Positions 8,091 through 17,677 of a DNA stretch of 64,000 nt are shown here, one piece after another. The position numbers were made by a program, and so were the translations under genes. Source of the stretch: a virus (Duplodnaviria > Caudoviricetes); the IMG/VR virus record IMGVR_UViG_2915264867_000002, positions 1-64,000 of that record; one strand, 5' to 3'. Under the pieces are notes generated by a model. It saw nothing but the letters and a program-made list of their open reading frames with translations, did not search any database and was not told the origin of the DNA. The number at the start of each line of letters is the position of its first letter. Position 1 is the first letter of the stretch.

Positions 8091-9337
8091 TGGCTGTCGC
8101 GCGAGAGAAGCTGTCCCTTCACACCAAGCAAATGCTGGTGTACCGGTCGAAGGCGCGTTTTCGTGTCGTGGTAGCCGGCCGCCGGTGGGGCAAGACCGCC
8201 CTCTCGCGCGTGCTGATCATCACCCGGGCCAAAAAGCGAAAGTCCAAGATCTGGTACGTCGCTCCGACCTACAAGATGGCCAAGCAGATTATGTGGACCG
8301 ACTTGCTCGAGGCGATCCCGCGTCGCTGGGTCCGCAAGGTCAACGAGACGCGCCTGGAGATCACCCTGGTCAACGGCACCGTGATCGAGCTGAAGGGTGC
8401 CGACAAGGGCGACTCGCTGCGCGGCGTGGGCGTGGACTTCCTGGTCCTGGACGAATTCCAGGATATTGCGGCCGACACCTGGGTCAAAGTGCTGCGCCCT
8501 GTCCTTGCCGACCGTCGTGGCGAGGCCATCTTCATCGGCACCCCGAAGGCATACAACTACCTCTACGAGCTGTTCAAGCGCGGCCAGGAGGCCGGCAACG
8601 TCGCTCGCAACCTGTGGGAGAGCTGGCAGTTCCCGACCATCACCTCGCCGTTCATCCCGGTGTCCGAGATTGAGGCCGCAAAGCAGGATATGGACGAGAA
8701 ATCGTTCAAGCAGGAATTCGAAGCCTCCTTCGAAACCATGTCAGGTCGCGTGTACTACCCGTTCGACCGCAACGAGCATGTCGGCGACTACCCTTTCAAT
8801 CCAAAGCTGCCGATCTGGGTGGGTATGGACTTCAACATCGATCCGATGTCGACAGTCATCTTCCAGCCGCAGCGCGACGGTACCGTCTGGGCCGTCGACG
8901 AGGTCGTGCTGTTCTCGTCGAACACCGAGGAAATTTGCAACGAGCTGGAGAAGCGGTACTGGCGCCACCAGATCCAGGTCGTCGTCTATCCCGACCCTGC
9001 CGGCGGTCAGCGACAGCACGCGCGGGGCGAAACCGACTTGGACATCCTTCGTGAGAAAGGCTTCAAGCGCCTGAAGTTCCGCAAGAAGCACCCGGCCGTA
9101 GCCGACCGCGTCAATGCGATGAACCGCATGCTGAAAGCGGCCGATGGTACCGTTCGCCTGAAGGTCGACGCCAGGTGCAAACACTTCATCGGCGCGCTCG
9201 AGCAGACCATTTACAAGCCAGGTTCACGCGACGTCGACAAGAGCGGCGGTACTGAACACAGCGCCGATGCGGGCGGATATTGCATCGAGCTGGAGTTCCC
9301 TGTTCGGAAGGTGCAGATCGGAGGTATGTCGCGATAG
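8090..9337 (+). CDS. terL: Terminase large subunit
   Basis: VVAGRRWGKT Walker A, LVLDEFQ Walker B, GTPKA, nuclease GMDFN and terminal HSADAGGY. Confidence 0.95.
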   Translation: MAVAREKLSLHTKQMLVYRSKARFRVVVAGRRWGKTALSRVLIITRAKKRKSKIWYVAPTYKMAKQIMWTDLLEAIPRRWVRKVNETRLEITLVNGTVIELKGADKGDSLRGVGVDFLVLDEFQDIAADTWVKVLRPVLADRRGEAIFIGTPKAYNYLYELFKRGQEAGNVARNLWESWQFPTITSPFIPVSEIEAAKQDMDEKSFKQEFEASFETMSGRVYYPFDRNEHVGDYPFNPKLPIWVGMDFNIDPMSTVIFQPQRDGTVWAVDEVVLFSSNTEEICNELEKRYWRHQIQVVVYPDPAGGQRQHARGETDLDILREKGFKRLKFRKKHPAVADRVNAMNRMLKAADGTVRLKVDARCKHFIGALEQTIYKPGSRDVDKSGGTEHSADAGGYCIELEFPVRKVQIGGMSR

Positions 9338-9345
9338 CTTTGGCC

Positions 9346-9375
9346 TTGACATGTAAGTCAGTACTGACTTACTAT
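9346..9375 (+). promoter_or_regulatory. sigma70-like promoter for portal with operator in the spacer
   Basis: TTGACA (9346-9351), 18 nt, TACTAT (9370-9375); perfect palindrome at 9354-9371. Confidence 0.75.
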
Positions 9376-9381
9376 CGCGCC

Positions 9382-11049
9382 ATGAACATGAAAACCTTCA
9401 CGCCAGGCGCTACCGCGACGATCGACCCGACATCGGTCGACGGTACGATTGTCCCGCTGGATGGTGACCAGAAAAAGCTCAAAGCGCTCATTTCTCGTCG
9501 CCATCCTCAGTACGAAGAGAACCTGAAGCACTGGGAGTTTTTGGCGGCCACCTACAAGGGCGGCCGGGATTGGTTCACCGAAGAAAATGTCTTCCGTTAC
9601 GTCAAGGAAGGCGAGCAAGAGTACAAGGACCGCGTCGACCGCGCCTACCGGTTCAACCACTCCCATGAGGTGGTGGACCTGCTCAACAAGTACCTGTTCA
9701 AGCAAAACATCACGCGTAACGACGCGGACGCCCCAGCCTCGGTAAAAGAATTCTGGAAGCTCTCGACCAAGGCCGGCCTGAAGATCAACGACTTCGCGCG
9801 CCAGGTAGGCCGAAAGGCTTCCATTCTCGGCCGCCTGGCTATCGTGGTCGACAACAAGGCCAAACGCCCCACGACCGAGATCATTTCCCAAGCAGATGCG
9901 AAGACCGCCGGCCTACGCACCTACGCCTACGCCGTCGGCCCAGCCCAGCTGCTGGACTACTCGTACGACGAAGACGGCGGCCTGAACTGGGTGCTCATTC
10001 AGGAAGTGGTGCGCGATGACGTGGACCCAATGGAAAGCTCCGGCAAGGAAATGCCGCGCTACCGCATCTGGACCAAGAACGAATGGCGCCTGTTTGAAGA
10101 GCGCCAGGTGGGCCGCACCAACAAGACCCGCGTGGTCGAGGTTGGCCAAGGCATTCACGGTCTGGGCGAAGTGCCAGTAATCATCCACGACCACTTCATC
10201 ACCGATGACGAGTACACCTCGCCAGGTTTGATCGATGACGTCGCCTACCTGGACCGCGCGGTGGCCAATTACCTGTCGAATCTGGATGCCATCATCCAGG
10301 ATCAGACGTTTTCGCAGCTGGCAATGCCGGCTCAAAACGTGCTGCCTGGTACCGACAACTACAACGCCATGTTGGACATGGGCACCAAGCGGATCTTCCT
10401 GTACGACGGCGAAGGTGGCGCCAGGCCTGAATTTATTTCGCCCGACCCGAAACAAGCGCAAATGATCTTGGCCGTTATCGACAAGATCATCAACGAGATT
10501 TACCACACCGTCGGCCTGGCCGGCGAGCGCACCAAGCAGGACAACTCGATGGGCATTGACAACAGCTCCGGCGTTGCCAAGGCCTACGACTTCGAACGCG
10601 TCAACGCGCTGCTGCAAGCGAAAGCAGACAGCCTGGAGCTTTTCGAAAACCGTCTTGCCCGCCTGGTCGCAAAATGGAATGGCGAAGCCCTGACCGACAA
10701 CATCGTCTCCTATCCGGACAACTTCGATACGCGCGGGCTTTACGACGAGTTCGATCTCGCCGCACGCCTGATGCTGATCGACGCCCCTAAAGGCATCCGT
10801 CAAGAGCAGATGAAGTCCGTCATCGACAAGCTGTTCCCGCAGCTGGCCAAAGACCTGAAAGCAAAGATGATGTCGGAGCTGAAGGAATGGCCAACTGATC
10901 CGGTGCAATTGGCGGCGGCCATGACGGCAGCCACCGCGGCCAATTCACCAACCAGCGTCAGCGCCAAGGCCACAGCGAAGGAAGGGGCGGAAGCGCCACC
11001 TGCCAAATCGCCTGCGGGCCAAGGCTCTGTTAAGAAGGACACCAAGTGA
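9382..11049 (+). CDS. Portal protein
   Basis: Position after terL; ISRRHPQY..HWEFLAATYKGG..EYKDRVDRAY N-terminus of SPP1-like portals; start 9382 downstream of the promoter. Confidence 0.85.
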   Translation: MNMKTFTPGATATIDPTSVDGTIVPLDGDQKKLKALISRRHPQYEENLKHWEFLAATYKGGRDWFTEENVFRYVKEGEQEYKDRVDRAYRFNHSHEVVDLLNKYLFKQNITRNDADAPASVKEFWKLSTKAGLKINDFARQVGRKASILGRLAIVVDNKAKRPTTEIISQADAKTAGLRTYAYAVGPAQLLDYSYDEDGGLNWVLIQEVVRDDVDPMESSGKEMPRYRIWTKNEWRLFEERQVGRTNKTRVVEVGQGIHGLGEVPVIIHDHFITDDEYTSPGLIDDVAYLDRAVANYLSNLDAIIQDQTFSQLAMPAQNVLPGTDNYNAMLDMGTKRIFLYDGEGGARPEFISPDPKQAQMILAVIDKIINEIYHTVGLAGERTKQDNSMGIDNSSGVAKAYDFERVNALLQAKADSLELFENRLARLVAKWNGEALTDNIVSYPDNFDTRGLYDEFDLAARLMLIDAPKGIRQEQMKSVIDKLFPQLAKDLKAKMMSELKEWPTDPVQLAAAMTAATAANSPTSVSAKATAKEGAEAPPAKSPAGQGSVKKDTK

Positions 11050-11157
11050 CCCGAAAGGGCATTGGCGGCGCGTAAGCGCAAACCCTAACCCGCAGCGCCA
11101 CGCGACCGGCGCCGCACAACAACTCATTGACCTAGAGACTGGTCTGAAAGGTATCAG

Positions 11158-12021
11158 ATGCACAAGCAGTGGATGTATAAGATGAAATCGTGGCGCTATC
11201 AGAACGCCGACAACGGCGACGGCAACCAGAACGGGGGCGGCGCAACCACCCCACCGGCTGGCGAGAAGAAGGAGCCGACCGCTGAAGAAGTGGCCGCGGC
11301 CGCCGCAGGTGGCGCCAAGAAGCCGACCGACGAAGAAGCGCGCCTGCTCAAGGAAGTCATGCAGAAGAAGGACGCCCTCAAGCGTACCGAATCTGACCTG
11401 GCCAGCGCCCAGGCCCGCCTGAAGGAATTCGACGGCATCGATCCAGCCGCTGTACGCAAGCTGATCGCCGACCAGACCGCCGCCGACGAAGCCCAGCTGG
11501 TTGCCAAGGGCGAGTACGAAACCCTGAAGGCCCGCATGGCCGACGAGCACGGCAAAACCACCAAGCAACTGCAGGACCAGATCGAAGTGCTGCGCGCTGC
11601 GCTGGCCGGCAAAGACAAGGTCGTCGACGAACTGTCCGTTGGCCAGAAATTCGCTCAGTCGAAGCTGATCGCTGAAGAACTGACCATGACCTCGTCCAAG
11701 GCCCGCATCGTGTACGGCACTCACTTCGACGTCGTTGACGGCAACGTGGTTGCCTACGACAAGCCTCGTGGTGAAGCTGGCCGCGCGCCGCTGGTGGACC
11801 AATACGGCACCAACGTCGATTTCGAAACGGCGCTGCGTAAAATCTGCGAAGCCGACCCGGACAAAGAGCACCTGTTCCGTTCGAAGGCCAAGCAAGGCGC
11901 CGGCAGCGAGTCCAAACAGACCGCAAAAGTGCCAGCGCCTGCGCAAGGCCAGCTGGATTCGGTGTCGAAGATCGGCGCCGGCCTGAAATCGATGAATCTG
12001 CTGGGTCAAGCCCCGGCGTAA
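11158..12021 (+). CDS. Capsid scaffolding protein
   Basis: Coiled-coil protein between portal and MCP ending in the SKxKxGAGS-type motif (RSKAKQGAGSES). Confidence 0.8.
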   Translation: MHKQWMYKMKSWRYQNADNGDGNQNGGGATTPPAGEKKEPTAEEVAAAAAGGAKKPTDEEARLLKEVMQKKDALKRTESDLASAQARLKEFDGIDPAAVRKLIADQTAADEAQLVAKGEYETLKARMADEHGKTTKQLQDQIEVLRAALAGKDKVVDELSVGQKFAQSKLIAEELTMTSSKARIVYGTHFDVVDGNVVAYDKPRGEAGRAPLVDQYGTNVDFETALRKICEADPDKEHLFRSKAKQGAGSESKQTAKVPAPAQGQLDSVSKIGAGLKSMNLLGQAPA

Positions 12022-12056
12022 TCAAAGCTGGAAAAGTACTGACTCGCCCTTAAAAG

Positions 12057-12099
12057 TAAGTCAGTACTTATTTACATTTGTGCCTCAAAGTGTTATTGT
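12057..12099 (+). promoter_or_regulatory. Operator overlapping the -35 of the major capsid promoter
   Basis: TAAGTCAGTACTTATTTA (12057-12074); TTTACA (12071-12076), 17 nt, TATTGT (12094-12099). Confidence 0.7.
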
Positions 12100-12176
12100 G
12101 GCGAATTATCGGAACTAGAGCGACTTAGGCCCGTTAGCCAAAACTTTTTTGTAATTCTCTGAAAAGGAATTGAGTA

Positions 12177-13109
12177 ATGCCTCTGTTGCGAACCGAAGCC
12201 GAGCGCCTGAGTGCCAATCAAATGGTACAGGGCGTCATCGAAGAAATCATCGAACGCGATGACCTGTTCTCCATCCTGCCTTTCGTGCAAACCGAAGGCA
12301 AGGCCTACCTGTACAACCGCGAGAAAACCATCGGCGGCGCCGACTGGCTGGACCCGAACGATCCGATCAACGAATCGGCTGCCACCTTCGAAGAAGTGGT
12401 TGCCAAGCTGCGCATTCTGGCTGGCGACGTTGATGTGGACAAGTTCCTGAACCAGACCATGAGCGACACCAACAGCCAGATGGCGACCCAAATCGCCAAA
12501 AAGGCCAAGACCGTCGCGCGCGAATTCCACCGCGCCCTGGCAACCGGCGACAGCTCCGTGAACTCGAAAGTGTTCGACGGTCTGCCGCGCCTGCTGAAGC
12601 AAGCCCAGGACTTCGCCGCCACCGCGGGCGGTAGCCAGATCGTTTCCGCCGGCACCAACGGCAACCCGCTGACCCTGACCATGATGGACGAGCTGTGCGA
12701 CGCAGTGCCGAACGGCGCCGACGTCCTGGTGATGCGCCGCGGCACCATTCGTGCGTACCGCGCCCTGCTGCGCGCCACCTACGGCACCGACGCCGTGATG
12801 CAGATGATGGAAAACTTCGGTCGCCCGATGCTGACCCACAACGGCATCCCGATCATTATGAACGAGTTCCTGTCGGGCGCCGAAGTCAAGGGCACCTCGA
12901 TCGCGACCGCCTCGGTGTACGCGCTGCGTCTGAACGAGCAGGACGGCCTGCACGGCTTGTACGGCGGCGACAACGCCGGTATCGTGGTCGAGAACATCGG
13001 CACCGTGCAGAACAAAGATGCTACCCGCATCCGTCTGAAGTGGTACACCTCGCTGGCCCTGAAGTCGACCCGTTCGATCGCAGCCCTGCAAGGCGTCACC
13101 AACATTTAA
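12177..13109 (+). CDS. Major capsid protein (HK97 fold)
   Basis: 310 aa after scaffold; strong codon bias; QGVIEEIIERDDLFSILPF..YNRE..GDVDVDKF..FDGL..TRIRLKWY pattern. Confidence 0.9.
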   Translation: MPLLRTEAERLSANQMVQGVIEEIIERDDLFSILPFVQTEGKAYLYNREKTIGGADWLDPNDPINESAATFEEVVAKLRILAGDVDVDKFLNQTMSDTNSQMATQIAKKAKTVAREFHRALATGDSSVNSKVFDGLPRLLKQAQDFAATAGGSQIVSAGTNGNPLTLTMMDELCDAVPNGADVLVMRRGTIRAYRALLRATYGTDAVMQMMENFGRPMLTHNGIPIIMNEFLSGAEVKGTSIATASVYALRLNEQDGLHGLYGGDNAGIVVENIGTVQNKDATRIRLKWYTSLALKSTRSIAALQGVTNI

Positions 13110-13118
13110 GTAAAAATG

Positions 13119-13140
13119 TAAGTCAGTACTGACTTATAAT
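13119..13140 (+). promoter_or_regulatory. Perfect operator abutting TATAAT
   Basis: TAAGTCAGTACTGACTTA 13119-13136; TATAAT 13135-13140. Confidence 0.85.
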
Positions 13141-13168
13141 ATAAAGGCGGGCTTCGGCTCGCCTTTAT
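13141..13168 (+). terminator. Hairpin after MCP (terminator or mRNA stabiliser)
   Basis: ATAAAGGCGGGC-TTCG-GCTCGCCTTTAT. Confidence 0.65.
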
Positions 13169-13187
13169 TGCATTCTGAAAGGTGAAT

Positions 13188-13622
13188 ATGAAAATTCGTT
13201 TGACGCAACCAGGCTTTGAAACCTACACCGGGCAAATGGGCGTCGTCTTCTTTGAAGACGGCCTGACCACTGCCGATGTGAAACCTATCGACGCCGTACG
13301 CATCGCGGCCCAGTTCCTGTGTGAATGGGAAGACGGCACCACCGCCTCCGTCGCACAGTCCATTCTGGACCATGCGCATTCCACTACCGGCACCATCCCG
13401 GCCGAGATCAACGCCGACCAGGCGCTGGCCAGCCAAGAAGGCACCCGCAAAGCTCAAGCGCAGCCTGCTGCCCCGGGTTCGCGCGCGTACACGCAGGAAG
13501 AGCTGGAAGCAATCGCTGACGCCTCCGGCATCAAAGGCCTGCGCGCCATTGGTGATGCGCTGGGCGTCAAAGGCAACGCCATTGGTGAGCTGATCAAGTC
13601 CATCCTGACCAAGCAGGCGTAA
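13188..13622 (+). CDS. Head-associated protein with C-terminal small helical (HeH/Rho-N-like) domain
   Basis: Follows MCP; C-terminal YTQEELEAIADASGIKGLRAIGDALGVKG; RBS GAAAGG. Confidence 0.6.
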   Translation: MKIRLTQPGFETYTGQMGVVFFEDGLTTADVKPIDAVRIAAQFLCEWEDGTTASVAQSILDHAHSTTGTIPAEINADQALASQEGTRKAQAQPAAPGSRAYTQEELEAIADASGIKGLRAIGDALGVKGNAIGELIKSILTKQA

Positions 13623-13624
13623 TC

Positions 13625-14464
13625 ATGAACGTGTTCTCCGCAGGGACGCCAGTCACTCTCGCAGTGCCGCTAGTCGACTACGTCGGCAACCAGGTGGACG
13701 TAGCACGTGTCGAGTACCGCGTTACCGACCAGGAAGGCATCGAGATTGTCCCGCTCACCCAGCTCACAGACTTTGTCGCTGGCAGCGATGTGGCGACGGT
13801 CAGTATTGCGCCCTTGGGGAACACGCTCAAGGCCGGCGCCAAGCAAGCGCTGCGGGTCGTCGAACTGAACTGCACGCTTGCCGATTCCAATACCTGGATG
13901 ACGAGTGCGTCGTACGTGATCTCCACGCTCGATCCGCTGGTGGCCGGCGCCAACTCCTTCATGACCTACGCCCAAGCCGAATTCACCTCGATCTCGGTGC
14001 CCAACCTCGACAGCTGGAACGCTGCAGATCCGCGCGCGCGCATCGCCGCACTGATCGACGCACGCGAACACATTTGCCAGCTGAGCTTCACCCCGCTCAA
14101 CGCCGGCGTCAACTGGGGCCAAGACAGCCTGAACTACATCCCGGAAGGCACGCGATCAACGAATTATGTTGGCGGCTTGCTCTCGCCTGGCGGTGATCTC
14201 AGCCAGCTGACCCCGGACCAATTCTCCCAGCTGCCTCCGCGCTTCATCGACGCTCTTGCCAAAGCGCAGTTGGTCGAAGCGGACTCGATCCTCGCCGGCG
14301 ACTCGGTCGAACGCAAACGACGCGATGGCCTTATCCAGGACGTGGTGGGCGAATCGAGCCAAACCTTCCGCCAGGGCAAGCCGCTGGACATGCCGGTATC
14401 CCGCCGCGCCCTGCGCTACCTGTCGCTGTACATCACTTTCGCAAAACGGATCGGACGCGGATAA
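13625..14464 (+). CDS. Head-tail adaptor (connector) protein
   Basis: VAGANSFMTYAQAEF..ALIDA..AKAQLVEA..IQDVVGESSQTF, SPP1 gp15/DnaT-like adaptor pattern, with an N-terminal extension. Confidence 0.7.
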   Translation: MNVFSAGTPVTLAVPLVDYVGNQVDVARVEYRVTDQEGIEIVPLTQLTDFVAGSDVATVSIAPLGNTLKAGAKQALRVVELNCTLADSNTWMTSASYVISTLDPLVAGANSFMTYAQAEFTSISVPNLDSWNAADPRARIAALIDAREHICQLSFTPLNAGVNWGQDSLNYIPEGTRSTNYVGGLLSPGGDLSQLTPDQFSQLPPRFIDALAKAQLVEADSILAGDSVERKRRDGLIQDVVGESSQTFRQGKPLDMPVSRRALRYLSLYITFAKRIGRG

Positions 14465-15108
14465 TGGATTTCGAACAATACGGAACGACCTTGAGCCAGC
14501 AGTACGAGAATTTCGCTGCAAAGCTCAATCTGGATTACCTCACCTACCGCGCGGCGCCGGCGGCCGCTGCTGCCAGCATGCGCCTAACCGGTCTGCTGAC
14601 GGTCGACACCTTTATTACGAGCGCCAAGAACACCACGCTTGAATACTTACGCTCGCTCGGTGCTGGCGCACCCACAGACGGTCTGTTGCCCTACCTGAAC
14701 CAGATCCATGCGATCGCAATGACCAACCTCAACGAGTTGATCACGAAGCTGGGCACAGGCGACCTGAACGTCGGCAGCGTACTGACCCGCCCGGGCGGCG
14801 CAATGGGCGAGATCGCCCGTCGCATCATGGCCAAGCCAGAACTGATGGCGAAAGATACGGCCGGCCGCAACTGGCGTTCTGACAAGCTGGTAGCGCTGCT
14901 GGCGCGGGACTTTGCATATCAGGCCTACATCGACGCGCGCGTCAACCAGGTGGCGGCCGCCGGCTACGACATGGTCGCGCTGATCTACCCTAACCCGGAG
15001 CACCGCAATCAGGGCGTCACGCTTCGCATCGACCAGCTGGAGAGCGTGCGCCATCAATTCTTCCACCCGAATGCGACCGCGCGCCTGGAGGCGTATGTTC
15101 CGGCCTAA
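14464..15108 (+). CDS. Minor capsid / head morphogenesis-like protein
   Basis: DTAGRNWRSD resembles the DKxGRxW motif of phage minor capsid proteins; position. Confidence 0.5.
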   Translation: MDFEQYGTTLSQQYENFAAKLNLDYLTYRAAPAAAAASMRLTGLLTVDTFITSAKNTTLEYLRSLGAGAPTDGLLPYLNQIHAIAMTNLNELITKLGTGDLNVGSVLTRPGGAMGEIARRIMAKPELMAKDTAGRNWRSDKLVALLARDFAYQAYIDARVNQVAAAGYDMVALIYPNPEHRNQGVTLRIDQLESVRHQFFHPNATARLEAYVPA

Positions 15109-15445
15109 TCAGCACTGCCGCATTCAGCTCTCCTCGGGCAAGCACGACATTCACGGCCAGCCGATCCCGGGGCGCTACGTCCCGGAGCGGTGCTCGGTCG
15201 TCAAGCTGGCCACGTCGAACGAGAAGACCACCGTTCGGGCTGACAGCTCCGCCTCGCGCGGCAATGCCCAGGAGCTGGAGACCACCTCGATCATTCTCCT
15301 GCCGGCAAACACGCTTGCGAAGATCGACGACATCATCCAGGTGGCCGCAATCAAGCTGCGCATCGCCACGCGCGAGCCAAAGTATGACGTGACCGGTCGG
15401 CTTGACCATTACCGTATTCAAGCAACCATGTGGAGCCAGAAATGA
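15095..15445 (+). CDS. Head closure (stopper) protein
   Basis: About 116 aa beta-rich; DIHGQP motif; RBS GGAGG before ATG 15095. Confidence 0.6.
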   Translation: MFRPNQHCRIQLSSGKHDIHGQPIPGRYVPERCSVVKLATSNEKTTVRADSSASRGNAQELETTSIILLPANTLAKIDDIIQVAAIKLRIATREPKYDVTGRLDHYRIQATMWSQK

Positions 15446-15828
15446 ACTTGTTGCCTCTTGCGGCCATTCTCTCGAGCGCCAAGCTGGGCATCGAGGGCGA
15501 AACGCTTTTCGTAGACATGATGCCGGCTGACGCCGGCAATGCGGTGCTGCTGCGCAACCCACTGACCGGGACCAAGATCAATCACGAACTGCCCGGCTAC
15601 TTTAAGACCGAGTTCCAGGTGATCGTGCGTGCCACGCTCGGCGGCTACGGCGAAGGCCTGGCGCTGATGGAGCAAGTCGTCGAGGCCTTCACGATGGAGG
15701 AGACGGCCGTGGCCAACATGCACTTCAACTACTGCCGGCCACGCACCACCCCAGTAGTATTCCCACTCTCCGAAGGCAATATTCTGGAGTTCAATGTGAT
15801 GTTCGACTGCTGTTTCGTGCGGAGCTGA
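15442..15828 (+). CDS. Tail terminator-like protein
   Basis: LGIEGETLFVDMMP..FQVIVRA..EFNVMF pattern; position before tail tube. Confidence 0.6.
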   Translation: MNLLPLAAILSSAKLGIEGETLFVDMMPADAGNAVLLRNPLTGTKINHELPGYFKTEFQVIVRATLGGYGEGLALMEQVVEAFTMEETAVANMHFNYCRPRTTPVVFPLSEGNILEFNVMFDCCFVRS

Positions 15829-15829
15829 T

Positions 15830-16303
15830 ATGCCGTTGACCTACAAAGGCATCATGGAGACAGGACAAATGCTAGTGCGCGTCGACACGACCGCCAAGCG
15901 CCGGGTGAAGTCGGCCTTGGTCCAGAAGGCGCGCGAGATCCAGGCCAAGGCCGTGCGGATGGCGCCGCGCGACGTGTCCAACCTGGAGAAGGCGATCAAA
16001 GTGCGCGGCGAAGGAAGCATGCTGCGCGATGACGCCGGCCGCTTCACCCGCGCCGAGGTGGAGATCTACATCGACGAGACAGTGCCGGTGCCCGAGCGGC
16101 CAGGCAAGATGGTGGGCGATTACGCATACGAGATCCACACCCACCTGACGCCGGCCGGCACCATGCAGCTCGGCCCGAAATCGCGGGCAAAGCAGGACGG
16201 CCAGACTGAAGTAGTTGGCGGCGGCTTTATGGAGCGGGCGGTGGCCGAAATAGACGGCGCCATCGACGCGGCACTTGCCGAAGCCCTGGCCTCCATTTTC
16301 TAG
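15830..16303 (+). CDS. Tail completion / neck protein (HK97 gp10-like)
   Basis: AKAVRMAPRDVSNLEKAI..DYAYEIH..GGGFMERAV pattern. Confidence 0.7.
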   Translation: MPLTYKGIMETGQMLVRVDTTAKRRVKSALVQKAREIQAKAVRMAPRDVSNLEKAIKVRGEGSMLRDDAGRFTRAEVEIYIDETVPVPERPGKMVGDYAYEIHTHLTPAGTMQLGPKSRAKQDGQTEVVGGGFMERAVAEIDGAIDAALAEALASIF

Positions 16304-16332
16304 AAATAGCTGACCTTTTGTGCCATAATAGA

Positions 16333-16350
16333 TAAGTCAGTACTGACTTA
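16333..16350. promoter_or_regulatory. Perfect operator upstream of tail tube gene
   Basis: TAAGTCAGTACTGACTTA, just downstream of CATAAT (16324-16329). Confidence 0.85.
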
Positions 16351-16378
16351 TGTACGAACCCTTTGCAAAGGAATTTGA

Positions 16379-16918
16379 ATGGCAACTGCACCAGTGAATA
16401 AGAGCGACACCAAAAACGTCAAGCTTGGCGTCTGCAAGGTCTTCTACGATGGCGTCGACCTGGGCTACACCCAAGGCGGCGTCGATGTCGAGGTGAAGAC
16501 CGACACCCATAAGGTGAACGTCGACCAGTTCGGCAAGACCACCATCAACGAATACATCATGGGTCGCGACGTAACCGTGAAAGTGCCGCTGGCCGAAACC
16601 ACCCTGGACAACATGGTCAAGATCATGCCTGGCGCCACGTTGCATGTCGATCCCGTCGACTCCACCAAACGCTGGGTGGTTGTCACCAATGGCGTGGGCA
16701 CCGACCTGCTGTCGATCGCCAAAGAGCTGCGTCTGCATCCGAAGAGCCTGCCGGATGACAACGTCTCGGAAGACTTCGTGATCCCGAAAGCGTCGACGGC
16801 CGGTGGCCTGAAGTTCGCCTACAAACTGGAAAACGAACGCATCTATGACTGCGACTTCACCGGTTATCCGGACCCAGTTACCGGTGAGCTGTTCGGCATC
16901 GGCCTCGACATCGCCTAA
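16379..16918 (+). CDS. Major tail tube protein (siphovirus type)
   Basis: VKLGVCKVFYDGVDLGYTQGGV..DQFG..LAETTLDN..LRLHP..FAYKLENERIY; strong codon bias. Confidence 0.85.
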   Translation: MATAPVNKSDTKNVKLGVCKVFYDGVDLGYTQGGVDVEVKTDTHKVNVDQFGKTTINEYIMGRDVTVKVPLAETTLDNMVKIMPGATLHVDPVDSTKRWVVVTNGVGTDLLSIAKELRLHPKSLPDDNVSEDFVIPKASTAGGLKFAYKLENERIYDCDFTGYPDPVTGELFGIGLDIA

Positions 16919-16938
16919 TCGACTTTTTAACCAAACCG

Positions 16939-16964
16939 CAACCCCGCCGCCGGCGGGGTTGTTT
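16939..16964 (+). terminator. GC-rich hairpin after tail tube
   Basis: CAACCCCGCCG-C-CGGCGGGGTTG then TTT. Confidence 0.55.
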
Positions 16965-16981
16965 CGCAAGGAACTGCTGTA

Positions 16982-17317
16982 ATGAAAATTTTGAATCTGG
17001 ACAAGCTGAACGTCTCCAGCGGCCGCTTTCTGACCATCGCCAATGTGCGGCACGAAATCATGGCAATGACCGTGGAGAACTTTCTGAAGGTCTCGCATTC
17101 GGCCCAAGAGCTGATCAGCCGCACGGCGTCACCGTCGGAGCACTTCGAAAACGTGCTCGACACCATCATGCTGCTGGTGCCGACCGCGCCGCGCGAAGCG
17201 CTGAGCAAACTCAGCCTGGACGGCCTGAACACGGTGTCCGAGTTCGTGCGTGGCGCCGACGTCGACGAAGCAGAAGTGATCGAAGTCTCGGCAGAAGAAG
17301 GCAAAGCGGGAAACTGA
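16982..17317 (+). CDS. Tail assembly chaperone (gpG-like)
   Basis: Between tail tube and tape measure; ends at slippery G GGA AAC TGA. Confidence 0.8.
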   Translation: MKILNLDKLNVSSGRFLTIANVRHEIMAMTVENFLKVSHSAQELISRTASPSEHFENVLDTIMLLVPTAPREALSKLSLDGLNTVSEFVRGADVDEAEVIEVSAEEGKAGN

Positions 17318-17664
17318 CCGGCCCGACAGTTGAGGAAATCGACTTCGGTTTCTTCTTCTGCCGGGTGAGCCACTACTACGCGATGGGCTTCGACGCCGTG
17401 AGGCGCTTGCCGCTCAAGACATTTTGGATGATGCACAGAAACATCGACCGGATCGAAGCGAAGCGCGACATGCGGGCAATGTCGGTCGCTATGGTCGCCC
17501 AGTCCACTCCGGACACCGCACGCGCCTTCCGTGAAGAACTGGTCATTGAAGCCGGGACCATCATCAAGCTGGGCGGCCCCACAGAGAGTCCGCTCGATGC
17601 TAAGCGCGACGAAGCTGGCTTTGCCGAATTGAAAATGATGGCGGGTCAAAAAATTGGTAGTTGA
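17308..17664 (+). CDS. -1 frameshift extension of the tail chaperone (gpGT-like)
   Basis: GGGAAAC heptamer at 17308-17314; the -1 frame is open through track ORF 17365..17664. Confidence 0.8.
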   Translation, partial: GKLTGPTVEEIDFGFFFCRVSHYYAMGFDAVRRLPLKTFWMMHRNIDRIEAKRDMRAMSVAMVAQSTPDTARAFREELVIEAGTIIKLGGPTESPLDAKRDEAGFAELKMMAGQKIGS

Positions 17665-17677
17665 AACGAGGTAATGG

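Noticed and set aside
9358-13091. Long minus-strand ORFs (9913..10908, 10945..12009, 12093..13091) mirroring portal, scaffold and MCP
   Set aside because: Exactly antisense to highly biased structural genes; composition typical of reverse-frame artefacts.
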